64,000 nucleotides of DNA from Candidatus Zhuqueibacterota bacterium (lineage in GTDB: Bacteria > Zhuqueibacterota > Zhuqueibacteria > Residuimicrobiales > Krinioviventaceae). Positions within the stretch are counted from its first letter, which is position 1; every line of letters begins with the position of its first letter. The notes below the pieces were generated by a model that was given only the letters and a program-made list of their open reading frames with translations, had not been told where the DNA came from and searched no databases. The translations under genes and the position numbers were made by a program. Shown here in pieces: positions 1 to 10,002 of the stretch. Where the stretch lies: positions 30,706-94,705 of the forward strand of contig JAXHMJ010000002.1 of assembly GCA_034521575.1 (NCBI GenBank). Reading direction: 5' to 3'.

Positions 1-860
1 CCTCGGTCCTGATTACCGGAGAAAGCGGCACCGGCAAGGAACTGGTGGCCAATGCCCTGCACTATCGGAGCAACCGGCGCGGCAAACCGCTGGTCAAGGT
101 CAACTGCGCGGCGCTGTCCGATAATGTGATAGAGAGCGAGCTGTTCGGGCATGAAAAAGGTTCGTTTACGTCGGCGATTTCACGCCGGATCGGCCGTTTT
201 GAACTGGCGGATACCGGGACGCTGTTTCTGGACGAGATCGGAGATATTCCGTTATCGACTCAGATCAAGTTATTGCGCTGCTGGAGCAAAAAGAATTCGA
301 ACGGCTGGGCGGCAATGAGACTATTAAAGTGGATGTGCGGGTGTTGGCGGCCACCAACCGCAATCTGGAAGAGTTGGTGAAACGCGGAGAGTTTCGCGAA
401 GATCTTTATTACCGATTGAACGTCATTAATATGCACATGACGCCGCTGCGTGAGCGCAAAGGTGATATTTCATTGCTGGCGAATCACTTTTTGGGTAAAT
501 ACTCGACGCAAATGAACAAACGCATCAGTCGAATTTCCAAATCGACGCTAAAGATGCTGGAATCTTATACCTGGCCGGGTAATGTGCGTGAACTCGAGAA
601 TGCCATTGAGCGCGCGGTGGTCTACTGCAAGGCCGCCATTATTACGGAAGCGGATCTGCCGGGCAATATCCAGGACGAAGAAGGTGAAACCACCATTTCT
701 CTTCGTCTGGCTTCCTGATAAACTCATGGAGGCGGAGAAAAAACTGATCGAGCTCGTCCTGAAACGCGCCAACAACAATATGAAATACGCGGCCGAGATG
801 CTGGATGTCAGTCGCGGCACATTGTACAGCAAATGTGAAAAGCTCAAAATTAATCGATAA
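1..860 (+). CDS. sigma-54-dependent transcriptional activator (AAA+ sigma54-interaction domain plus C-terminal Fis-type HTH). It is 5'-truncated by the window edge and split over three frames by two apparent 1-nt indels (near 279 and near 705).
   Basis: ORF-track pieces 45..380, 329..718 and 582..860. Motifs seen: GESGTGKE (Walker A), [15 protein letters not shown] (GAFTGA-loop variant GSFTSA), [37 protein letters not shown], and [22 protein letters not shown]. Frames join if one nt is restored at ~279 (LLR|VLEQ) and at ~705. Confidence 0.8.
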
Positions 861-897
861 CCGCAAACGATGCGGCTTGTAACAGGCCGGAGGCAGA

Positions 898-2074
898 ATG
901 AAATTATATGAATATCAGGCCAAGCAGCTTTTACATGCGCGCCGGATCGCTGTTCCGCCGGGCAGAGTGACGGATAGCGCAGAACGGGCTGGAGAGATAT
1001 TTGTTGAGCTCGGCGGCAAGCCGGTGGCCGTCAAAGCGCAGGTGCATGCCGGCGGCCGCGGCAAGGGCGGCGGTATTAAAATTGCCAAAACGGAAAAAGA
1101 ATGTCAAAGCATCGCGGAATCCATGCTCGGGTCCAATTTGGTGACCCCGCAGACCGGCAAAGCCGGCCTGCGGGTCCGCGAGGCCTGGATTGAACCGGCG
1201 GCCGCCATTCGTTCCGAATATTATGCGGGCATTGCCCTGGACCGGGATGCCCGAAAACTGGTGTTTATGGTCTGCAGCGAAGGTGGCGTCGAGATTGAAC
1301 AGGTCGCCTATCGGTCCCCGGAAAAAATATTCAAAGAGCATATCGACACCGCCCTGGGACTGCAGGTTTTTCAGGCGCGCCGACTGGCGTTCAAACTGGG
1401 ATTAAAAGACAACGTGCATCAACAGGCGGTTCAGCTTTTTTTAAATTTATACAAGACATTTGTTTCTCTGGATTGCTCGCTTTTGGAAATTAATCCGCTG
1501 GTGGTGACACAGGACGAACGCCTGCTGGCGCTGGACGTCAAGATGAACATTGATGACAATGCGTTGTACCGGCAGACGCAGTTAACTGAAGCATATGATC
1601 CCGCGCTTGATCTGGCGCCTTTGGAACGCAAAGCTTATGAATTTAACCTGAACTATGTCAAACTGGACGGCCATGTGGGCTGCATGGTCAACGGCGCCGG
1701 ACTGGCTATGGCCACTATGGAATCTGATCAAACTGGCGGGCGCTTCGCCTGCCAATTTTCTCGATGTCGGCGGCGGCGCTTCGGTGAAAACCATCGAAAA
1801 CGGATTCCGCATCCTGTTATCCGATTCCAATGTTAAAGTGGTGTTTGTCAATATCTTTGGCGGCATTGTCCGCTGTGACCGGGTGGCGGAGGGTATCATC
1901 CAGGCAGCCGGCAAGATCGGTGTGTATCTGCCGTTTGTGATCCGCTTGTCCGGAACCAATGCGCAGGAAGCCGCCAAAATTATCAAACAGTCGCCGGTCC
2001 CCTTTTCAATGGCTCCCTCGATGGAAAAAGCATCTGAACTTGTTATGGATATTCTGGCAGGAGAACAATCGTGA
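898..2074 (+). CDS. sucC: succinyl-CoA synthetase beta subunit (ADP-forming). One apparent 1-nt insertion near 1722 splits it into ORFs 898..1836 and 1655..2074.
   Basis: ATP-grasp N-terminus [12 protein letters not shown]...[15 protein letters not shown]-terminal CoA-ligase part [14 protein letters not shown](D)[18 protein letters not shown]...[10 protein letters not shown] continues in the second frame. The extra 'a' lies in 'atggaatctgat'. Confidence 0.88.
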
Positions 2075-2949
2075 GTATTTTAATCGATCATCAGACCCGT
2101 GTTGTGGTTCAGGGTATCACCGGGCAGGAGGGTTCATTTCATACCCCGCAAATGATCCAGTACGGCACATCCGTTGTGGCGGGTGTGACGCCCGGTAAGG
2201 GACAGACCACCTTTAAAGATGAAGTGCCGATATGTGATACGGTCGAAGAATCCGTCCAAACTTACCGGGCCAACGCCTCCGTCATTTTTGTGCCCGCGCC
2301 GTTTGCAGCGGATGCGGTGATGGAAGCGGCGCACGCCGGCATCCAGCTGATCGTCTGTATTACCGAAGGCATTCCGGTGCTGGATATGCTCAAGGTGACC
2401 GATTATACAAAAAAGCACGGTGTCCGCCTGATCGGACCGAATTGTCCCGGCATTATCACTCCGGATGAATGCAAAATCGGAATTATGCCCGGATTTATTC
2501 ATAAAAAGGGCAATGTAGGCGTGATATCACGCTCCGGAACGTTGACCTATGAAGCCGTTTACCAGATGACACAGATCGGAATTGGACAGAGCACAGTCGT
2601 GGGCATCGGAGGCGATCCGGTGATCGGCACCACGTTTATCGATCTGCTGCGTTTGTTTGAAGCGGATGAAGATACGAACGCGGTGGTGTTGATCGGTGAA
2701 ATCGGCGGCGCTGCGGAAGAAAAAGCGGCTGCGTACATTGCCGATCATATGAGCAAACCGGTGATCAGTTTTATTGCCGGACGCACCGCCCCGCCCGGAC
2801 GCAGAATGGGGCACGCCGGAGCCATTATCAGCGGCGGCAAAGGCACCGCATCGGACAAGATGGCTTCACTGGCGCGCGCCGGCGTACATTTGGTGGAAAA
2901 TCCCTCAGAGATCGGAACCATGGTGGAACATGTCCTTTCAAAACAATAG
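2071..2949 (+). CDS. sucD: succinyl-CoA synthetase alpha subunit
   Basis: GTG start overlaps the sucC stop (tcGTGAgt). Motifs: [17 protein letters not shown]-like, SRSGTLTYE (the phospho-His region precedes it), IGGDPV. Length 292 aa. Confidence 0.92.
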   Translation: MSILIDHQTRVVVQGITGQEGSFHTPQMIQYGTSVVAGVTPGKGQTTFKDEVPICDTVEESVQTYRANASVIFVPAPFAADAVMEAAHAGIQLIVCITEGIPVLDMLKVTDYTKKHGVRLIGPNCPGIITPDECKIGIMPGFIHKKGNVGVISRSGTLTYEAVYQMTQIGIGQSTVVGIGGDPVIGTTFIDLLRLFEADEDTNAVVLIGEIGGAAEEKAAAYIADHMSKPVISFIAGRTAPPGRRMGHAGAIISGGKGTASDKMASLARAGVHLVENPSEIGTMVEHVLSKQ

Positions 2950-3583
2950 GCCGTATCAGCGCATCACGCGGGATCAGGCCCTAAAATCGGCACGGCATCG
3001 GCATTTGCATGATCCGCAAGAATTCCCCGAACACGCCCGTTATTATTATTGTGTACTGAAATTCGAAAAGAGTCAGTTTCAACGCTGGCAGCAAAAAATC
3101 ATGGAAAGAGGGCTGCGGGGCGAAATTGCCATGGCGGTTACCGATCCCGACGAACAGATTTTGCTGCACACCAAATCGTTTTATCCCAAAGGGACGTTTC
3201 GTATCCCGACGGGCGGCATTCATCCGGGTGAACCCGCGGACCGGGCCCTGCCGCGAGAACTGTATGAAGAAACCGGATTCAAAATGCTGCGGTATTCTGC
3301 GCCGGCGGTTGTGCTTTACGAGTTTCGTCATGAACAGGATTGTTTATCTTTTCTGTCATTTCTTTATCATGTGATCCCGGACCGCACCGAACCGGTCATC
3401 CACGATACAAGTGAAGAAATCACAGAGTTTATCTACAAGCCCCTGTCTTTTCTGGACTCTGTGATCCAGACTCTGCATTCCCTGCCCACTGCGGGGTGGC
3501 GGGACTGGGGACGCATGCGCTCTGTGTGCCATTTTATTCTGCTTGAACTGGCCTCGGACGGTCTGCTGCAGTTTCCTGATTAA
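2930..3583 (+). CDS. NUDIX-family hydrolase. The start is uncertain; 3101 is an alternative.
   Basis: Nudix box [23 protein letters not shown] (GX5EX7REUXEEXGU). Confidence 0.6.
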   Translation: MSFQNNRPYQRITRDQALKSARHRHLHDPQEFPEHARYYYCVLKFEKSQFQRWQQKIMERGLRGEIAMAVTDPDEQILLHTKSFYPKGTFRIPTGGIHPGEPADRALPRELYEETGFKMLRYSAPAVVLYEFRHEQDCLSFLSFLYHVIPDRTEPVIHDTSEEITEFIYKPLSFLDSVIQTLHSLPTAGWRDWGRMRSVCHFILLELASDGLLQFPD

Positions 3584-3621
3584 ACCATACACCTGAAATT
3601 GACAAGTGATCAAAAACAACG

Positions 3622-5541
3622 ATGATACATATAAAAGATATCAGCCATTCTATTGGTGAGCGAACGCTGTTCCGCTCGCTGTCCTGGACCTTGCCCGCCG
3701 GAAAACGATTTGCACTCATCGGACCGAACGGCTGCGGCAAGACCACGCTGCTGCGTGTACTTTGTGGAGAATTGACTCCAGAGGCGGGGACGATAACAAA
3801 ATCGAACGAGTACAAGATCGGATATCTGCCGCAGGATAATATGGTTTCGGGGGATAAAACACTGATCGAGTTTGTGCGCGTCGGTCGGCCGGATCTGGTT
3901 GATCTGGAAGAGCAGATTCATGACAAACGGCTGACAGTCGAGTCTGATCCGGAAAACAGTAAAGCCGTGGAGCAACTGGGTGGCCTGGAACATCAGTATG
4001 AAAATCTGGGCGGCTATACCCTGGACAGCCGCGCCAAGAGCATCCTGGCCGGACTGGGATTTGAAACCGATTCTCACGGGTATCCGCTGAGCCAGTTCAG
4101 CGGCGGATGGCGCATGCGCGCTTATCTGGCGAGACTGCTGCTCTATGAACCCGATCTGCTGCTGCTGGATGAGCCCACCAATCATCTTGATCTGCCCTCT
4201 CTGGAATGGCTGGAAGCGTTCCTGGCGTCGTTCAAAGGCACGATCGTGCTGGTGTCGCATGACCGGTTTTTCATCGACAAGCTGGCCACGGATATCTGTG
4301 AACTGGTAAAGGGAAAACTGCGGCATTATTCGGGCAATTATCACGATTATGAAAAGCAAAAAGAACAGCAAATTGAACAACTGATTGCCGCACAGGAGCA
4401 GCAGAAAAAACAGATACAGAAACAGGAACAGTTTATTGAACGCTTTCGCTATAAAGCCACAAAGGCATCGCAGGTACAGAGCCGCATCAAGCAGCTGGAA
4501 AAACTAAAGGAACTGGAAGATGTATCGGACATTCAGCAAAGCCAGTCGATTTCGTTTCGGATTCAGGTGCATCAGCAGAGCTACAAGCATGTGCTGCACA
4601 TGCAGAATGTGCACTTTAAATATGACGCCGACTGGGTTCTGAAGCATGTGAATCTGGATTTGTACCGCGGCGACAAGGTGGCGCTGGTGGGGGCGAATGG
4701 CGCCGGCAAAACCACGCTGACGCGTTGTATCGTCAATGAGCTGCAACCGCAAACAGGAGACTGCCGGCTGGGAAAGCGGGTGCAACCCGGATATTTTGCA
4801 CAACACCACACGGAAGCGCTGGATCTTGATTCGACTATTATCGATCAGGTGAATGCAAGTGTCGCGGATGAACATATTCCGCGCGTGCGTGATGTCTTGG
4901 GATTGTTCGGATTTTCCGGGGATGATGTGGACAAACCGGTCAAGGTTCTATCCGGCGGGGAAAAGGCACGGGTTTCTCTGGCAAAGATTCTGCTCTCGCC
5001 GGTTAATTTTCTGATCATGGATGAGCCCACCAACCATCTGGATATGAAATCCAAGGAAGCGCTGGAACATGCCCTGTCTGAATACGAAGGAACGCTTTTA
5101 CTGATTTCGCACGACCGGTATTTTCTGGACAAGATCGTTACGCGTGTTTTAGAGATGCAGGGCGGAGTGCTCAGGAGTTATGAGGGCAATTACAGTGATT
5201 ATATGGACCGCCGGCAGCAGGAACAGGAGATAAAAACCGCAGCGCCCAATCGCGCCAGGGAGGAGCGGCGCCGGCGCGCACAGTTGCTGCAGTCCATCAG
5301 CAAGGACCGGGGGCGTCTGCAGAACGCCATACAGGACTGTGAACAGGAGATTGAGCAGCTTGAAGCGCGCAAAGCCGAAATTGAACAGCAATTTTCCGAT
5401 ACCGGACTGTTTCAGGACGGGGGCCGGGTTGCGGAACTGCAGAAAGAATATGACGCGGTCCGCGAGCAAATCGAAGAACGTATGCTGACCTGGGAATCCA
5501 GTCAGGAAGAACTGGAGCAGCTACTCGATCAAATCCGCTGA
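3622..5541 (+). CDS. ABC-F family ATPase (Uup/EttA-like, no TMD) with two ABC domains and a C-terminal coiled coil
   Basis: Walker A GPNGCGKTT and GANGAGKTT. ABC signatures LSGGWRMR and LSGGEKAR. Inter-domain linker and charged coiled-coil tail (EQEIEQLEARKAEIEQQ). Confidence 0.88.
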   Translation: MIHIKDISHSIGERTLFRSLSWTLPAGKRFALIGPNGCGKTTLLRVLCGELTPEAGTITKSNEYKIGYLPQDNMVSGDKTLIEFVRVGRPDLVDLEEQIHDKRLTVESDPENSKAVEQLGGLEHQYENLGGYTLDSRAKSILAGLGFETDSHGYPLSQFSGGWRMRAYLARLLLYEPDLLLLDEPTNHLDLPSLEWLEAFLASFKGTIVLVSHDRFFIDKLATDICELVKGKLRHYSGNYHDYEKQKEQQIEQLIAAQEQQKKQIQKQEQFIERFRYKATKASQVQSRIKQLEKLKELEDVSDIQQSQSISFRIQVHQQSYKHVLHMQNVHFKYDADWVLKHVNLDLYRGDKVALVGANGAGKTTLTRCIVNELQPQTGDCRLGKRVQPGYFAQHHTEALDLDSTIIDQVNASVADEHIPRVRDVLGLFGFSGDDVDKPVKVLSGGEKARVSLAKILLSPVNFLIMDEPTNHLDMKSKEALEHALSEYEGTLLLISHDRYFLDKIVTRVLEMQGGVLRSYEGNYSDYMDRRQQEQEIKTAAPNRAREERRRRAQLLQSISKDRGRLQNAIQDCEQEIEQLEARKAEIEQQFSDTGLFQDGGRVAELQKEYDAVREQIEERMLTWESSQEELEQLLDQIR

Positions 5542-5634
5542 TTTTTTCATCAAACCGCGAAACAATTCAAAGGTTATATCGTTAAATATTTCTCTATTCA
5601 GAATCGAGAAAAAAATCTTTATAAAAAATTAATA

Positions 5635-5663
5635 TTGATTTAAAATCAAATAAAACATATAAA
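5635..5663 (+). promoter_or_regulatory. candidate sigma70-type promoter (TTGATT-17nt-TATAAA) inside the 257-bp AT-rich region upstream of hydrogenase operon 1
   Basis: Hexamer match with a 17-nt spacer about 140 nt upstream of the hydC start. The region is very AT-rich, so a chance match is possible. Confidence 0.3.
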
Positions 5664-5801
5664 TAAAACTTGTGGTTCGCAAAGTTGTGTTGAATCGATA
5701 AAAAAGTTTTGGTGATTTATTAAATAAATTATTACATTATGTTCTTTAGTAAACTCGAATGATCTCAATTTAAGAACACTGTCGGATAAAGAGAGGAATC
5801 A

Positions 5802-6257
5802 ATGGACACAGACGTATTATTGCGACGCTATCCCGAGAAAGATGCGTCCGCACTGATCCCGCTGCTTCAGGATATACAGGAAAGTTACGGTTATCTGTCG
5901 GAACCTGATCTGGCCAAAGTGGCCGGTTACTGTGACGTTCCCCTGTCGCGCATATACGGTGTGGCGACTTTTTATAATCAGTTCAGACTGCAGCCTCTGG
6001 GCAAGTATGTGATCCGTGTTTGCCGCGGAACCGCTTGTCATGTTAAAGGTTCGGGTGATTTACTGACCACACTTGAGAATGAACTCGGCATCAAAGCCGG
6101 TGAAACCACCAAGGATTTGAAATTTTCCATCGAAACCGTAGCTTGTATCGGCGCCTGTAGTATTGCGCCGGTGATTGCGATTAATGATGAATTTTACGGA
6201 AAACTGGATAATAAGAAAGTCAAGAAAATACTCAATGATCTAAAGTCTGAGGAGTAA
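5802..6257 (+). CDS. hydC: [FeFe]-hydrogenase NuoE-like [2Fe-2S] subunit (HydC/HndA family), operon 1
   Basis: Thioredoxin-like 2Fe-2S motifs CRGTAC...CIGACSIAPV. GAGAGG RBS. 151 aa. Confidence 0.88.
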   Translation: MDTDVLLRRYPEKDASALIPLLQDIQESYGYLSEPDLAKVAGYCDVPLSRIYGVATFYNQFRLQPLGKYVIRVCRGTACHVKGSGDLLTTLENELGIKAGETTKDLKFSIETVACIGACSIAPVIAINDEFYGKLDNKKVKKILNDLKSEE

Positions 6258-6260
6258 AAC

Positions 6261-8267
6261 GTGCCATTGCAGAATTCATATCAGGAGATTTTCACCAATT
6301 GCTGGCATAGTACGGAAAATCCCTGTCAATTTTTTATAGATTGTGTCAACAACGGACAAAAATGTCATCAGTCCGACGCCAGCGACAAACGACTCGATGC
6401 CTTTAAAAACGAGATTTTGTTAAACCATCATCAACATCCTGTTGTGTTGATCGGCATGGGAACCTGCGGACTTGCCAACGGCGCCGCCAAAGTTTATGAT
6501 GCCTTTAAGCAGCAGATCGATGCCCTCAATCAAAAAATCGATTTGGTGCAGACCGGATGTGTCGGATATTGTGCCAGGGAAGTGATTGTCGATGTAAAAC
6601 TTCCGGGTTCGCACCGGCTAACCTATTGTGAGGTGCAGCCTAAAGATGTTCCGACTATTGTTGAAGAAACACTGCTCAACCACCGGCCTGTGACCGACAA
6701 GCTGCTGGCGTTTCACAATGTCGGCGGCGAGCAAAAGGGCTGGGATCATGTTCTTGAAATGAAAGAAACCCCGTTTTTCAAAAAACAGCAGAAAAACGTA
6801 CTGGAAAACTGCGGCATAATCGATCCGGAAGAAATCGATCAATATTTGGCGCGCGGCGGTTATCAGGGATTATCCAAAGCGCTGTGGCAGCTGGACGCGC
6901 CCGGCGTCATCCAGCAAGTCCTGGACGGCGGTTTGCGCGGCCGCGGCGGCGGCGGTTTTCCCACCGGTAAAAAATGGCAACTCGCCTACAATTCACCCGG
7001 TGAGCAGAAATATGTGGTTTGTAATGCAGACGAAGGCGATCCCGGCGCGTTCATGGACCGAGCGGTGCTGGAAGGCGATCCGCACAAGGTGGTTGAGGGC
7101 ATGATCCTGGCTGCCTATGCGATCGGCGCCAGTGTGGGATATATTTACTGTCGTGCTGAGTATCCGCTGGCCATTCGCCGGCTGGAAAAAACCATCCAGG
7201 ATGCCAAAGCCTATGGACTGCTTGGAAAGAATATACTGGGCAGCGGGTTCAACTTTGAACTCAAGATCAAAAAAGGCGCGGGCGCCTTTGTGTGCGGCGA
7301 AGAAACAGCGCTGCTGCATTCAATTGAAGGCAAGCGGGGTATGCCCCGGCCGCGTCCCCCTTATCCGTCTGATGAAGGCCTGTTCGGCTGTCCTACCATC
7401 ATCAATAACGTGGAAACCTATGCCAATGTACCGGTGCTGATCCGAAACGGCAGCAAATGGTACTCGGATATCGGCACCGAAGGCTCCAAGGGGACCAAAG
7501 TGTTTGCCCTCTCCGGCACGGTCAAAAATGTCGGACTGGTTGAAGTGCCTATGGGTGTGACCCTGCGTGAAATTATTTTCGATATCGGCGGCGGCATTCA
7601 GGATGACAAGCCGTTCAAAGCCGTACAGATCGGCGGTCCGTCCGGCGGCGCATTGCCGGATTCGGTGATCGATACTCCGGTCGATTACGAGTCACTGAAA
7701 AGCATCGGCGCCATGATGGGCTCCGGTGGTCTGGTGGTCATGGACGAGTCCACCTGTATGGTGGATCTGGCCAAATATTTTATGACATTCATCCAGTCCG
7801 AGAGCTGCGGCAAGTGTATACCCTGCCGGGAAGGCACCAAACGGCTTTTGGAAATCCTGGAACGTCTGACCGAGAGTCACCGCAGCGAAAAAACGGTGGA
7901 AGAATCGCTGTTGCGCTTTCAGGGAATGGTTTACCTGGAACGTCTGGCAGATGTGATCAAAAATACCTCGTTATGCGGATTGGGTCAAACCGCAGCCAAC
8001 CCGGTATTGAGTACCCTTAAATATTTCCGGGAAGAGTACGAGTCTCACTTGTACGACCGAAAATGTCCGGCCGGCAGCTGCCGTCAATTGCTGACCTATA
8101 GAATTGATACCGACAAATGTACCGGCTGTACGTTGTGCGCGCGCAAATGTCCGGAAAACGCAATACTCGGAGAGCGCAAAAAAGCTCATTATATCATTGA
8201 TGAGAAATGTATCCGTTGCGACCAATGCCGCGCCAATTGCAAGTTTGATGCTATAGTCGTGGAATAA
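6261..8267 (+). CDS. hydB: [FeFe]-hydrogenase NuoF-like flavoprotein subunit (HydB/HndC family). It has an N-terminal fused HndB-like thioredoxin-like domain, a ~60-aa Cys/His-rich leader, and a C-terminal 2x[4Fe-4S] ferredoxin domain.
   Basis: GTG start 7 nt after a GAGGAG RBS. VLIGMGTCGLANGAAKV (HndB-like). NADH/FMN site GRGGGGFPTGKKW. Fe-S motifs ESCGKCIPCREG, CTGCTLCARKCP and CIRCDQCRANC. Confidence 0.88.
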   Translation: MPLQNSYQEIFTNCWHSTENPCQFFIDCVNNGQKCHQSDASDKRLDAFKNEILLNHHQHPVVLIGMGTCGLANGAAKVYDAFKQQIDALNQKIDLVQTGCVGYCAREVIVDVKLPGSHRLTYCEVQPKDVPTIVEETLLNHRPVTDKLLAFHNVGGEQKGWDHVLEMKETPFFKKQQKNVLENCGIIDPEEIDQYLARGGYQGLSKALWQLDAPGVIQQVLDGGLRGRGGGGFPTGKKWQLAYNSPGEQKYVVCNADEGDPGAFMDRAVLEGDPHKVVEGMILAAYAIGASVGYIYCRAEYPLAIRRLEKTIQDAKAYGLLGKNILGSGFNFELKIKKGAGAFVCGEETALLHSIEGKRGMPRPRPPYPSDEGLFGCPTIINNVETYANVPVLIRNGSKWYSDIGTEGSKGTKVFALSGTVKNVGLVEVPMGVTLREIIFDIGGGIQDDKPFKAVQIGGPSGGALPDSVIDTPVDYESLKSIGAMMGSGGLVVMDESTCMVDLAKYFMTFIQSESCGKCIPCREGTKRLLEILERLTESHRSEKTVEESLLRFQGMVYLERLADVIKNTSLCGLGQTAANPVLSTLKYFREEYESHLYDRKCPAGSCRQLLTYRIDTDKCTGCTLCARKCPENAILGERKKAHYIIDEKCIRCDQCRANCKFDAIVVE

Positions 8268-8281
8268 AACAGAGGAATACA

Positions 8282-9993
8282 ATGAGAATAACGATAAATG
8301 GAAAAGAATGCTGGGCCAATCCCGGAGAAACCATATTAAAAGTGGCTGAGCGGGAAGGTATCAATATCCCCACTCTTTGTTATTTAAAAGGCCTTTCTCC
8401 GACCGGTTCCTGCCGAATCTGTATAGTACAAGTTGACGGCGGCCGGATGGCGCCTTCCTGTGCGTTCCCGGTTTGCGAAGGCATGAACGTGGAAACCAAC
8501 TCTGCCCAAGTGCGCCGGGCGCGAAAAACCATTATTGAATTATTGATTGCCAATCATCCTCAGGATTGTCTGAACTGTGTCCGCAACGGCAACTGTGAAT
8601 TGCAGACGCTTGCCGAGGCTTATGGTGTACGCAGCAAGCGCTACATCGGTGAGCGCCGCAAAGCCAAACTGGATGTGGCGTCTCCGTCGATTGAACGCGA
8701 TCCGGAAAAATGTATTTTGTGCGGCCGCTGTGTGCGCGTTTGTCATGAGGTTCAGGGTGTCGGCGCCATTGATATCGCCAACCGCGGATTTCAGAGTACG
8801 GTGATGCCGGCGTTCAATCACAGTCTGAATACCGTGGCTTGTGTGTTCTGCGGTCAGTGTGTGGTCAATTGTCCCGTAGGCGCGCTGCGCGAAAAAAGCC
8901 ATGTGAAAAAAGTTTGGGAAGCGCTCAATGATCCGGACACGCTGGTGGTTTCACAGATCGCTCCGGCGGTACGTGTGGCTCTGGGTGAAGAGTTTGGACT
9001 GGAACCCGGTACCGTGGTGACCGGCAAAGCGGTGAGCGCGCTGCGCCGCATTGGCATGGATGTGGTGTTTGATACCAATTTCAGCGCCGATCTGACCATC
9101 ATGGAAGAAGCCACGGAACTGGTGTCGCGTCTGCAAAATAACGGCACCATCCCCATGCTGACCTCATGCAGTCCCGGATGGATAAAATATATAGAACATT
9201 TTTATCCCGAACTGCTGGAGCATGTGTCGAGCTGTAAATCCCCGCATCAGATGCAGGGTGCGCTGATCAAATCCTACTGGGCGGAGAAAAGGGAATCGAT
9301 CCGGAAAAGATTTTTGTAGTATCTATTATGCCCTGTACTGCCAAAAAATATGAAGCGCAGCGTCCGGAACTGGGAGATGAGCATCAGGATGTAGATGCGG
9401 TACTGACCACGCGCGAGCTGGCGCAGATGATAAAAACAGCAGGAATCGATTTTACCAGAATAGAAGATGATCATTTCGATGATCCGCTGGGCGAATCCAC
9501 TGGCGCGGCTATTATTTTCGGCGCCACCGGCGGTGTGATGGAAGCGGCGCTGCGAACCGCCCATTACAGCCTGACGGGTACGGAATGCGCTGATATTGAA
9601 TTCAAACCCATCCGCGGTCTGGAAGGCGTGAAGGAGGCTGAGATTAAGATCGACGGCACCGAACTCAGGGTTGCTGCGGTCAACAGTCTCAGCCAGATCA
9701 AATCTCTGCTCGATGATATCCGCGACGGCAAATCGCCGTATCAATTCATTGAAGTGATGGCCTGTCCGGGCGGCTGTATCAACGGCGGCGGTCAGCCACT
9801 GCCCTCGGATGCGGAAAAAACTGAAAAACGTATGCAGTCCATTTACAAGATCGACCGCGGGCTGCCGAAACGCTGTTCGCACCAGAATGAATCAGTGCAA
9901 AGACTGTATCAGGAATTTCTGGAAAAACCGAACAGCCACAAAGCCCACGAACTGCTGCACACACATTACGTCAAACGCACGGAAAGTGTCTAA
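8282..9993 (+). CDS. hydA: [FeFe]-hydrogenase catalytic subunit (HydA, group A multimeric type), operon 1. It is split by an apparent 1-nt deletion near 9283 into 8282..9319 and 9328..9993.
   Basis: N-terminal 2Fe-2S and His-ligated/4Fe-4S ferredoxin modules (CRICIV, HPQDCLNCVRNGNCELQ, CILCGRCVRVC, CVFCGQCVVNCP). H-cluster motifs TSCSPGW (L1, non-canonical), MPCTAKKYE (L2) and EVMACPGGCINGGGQP (L3). Paralog alignment with the 18606 gene shows a missing 't' in 'aaaa(t)ggg'. Confidence 0.85.
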
Positions 9994-10002
9994 TATCATA
10001 TT

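Noticed and set aside
3610-4380. 256-aa minus-strand ORF antisense to the ABC-F gene. Similar long antisense ORFs occur at 15711..16535, 16953..17576, 18447..19280 and 9274..9882.
   Set aside because: Each fully overlaps a strongly supported plus-strand gene. They have low-complexity, Arg/Gly/His-rich composition typical of antisense frames of GC-moderate genes, and no RBS or motif support.
5676-5700. Possible sigma-54 -24/-12 element (TGGTTCGCAAAGTTGT) upstream of hydrogenase operon 1
   Set aside because: The GG to TTG spacing is 11 rather than 10 and the -12 GC is missing, so it is not a convincing match.
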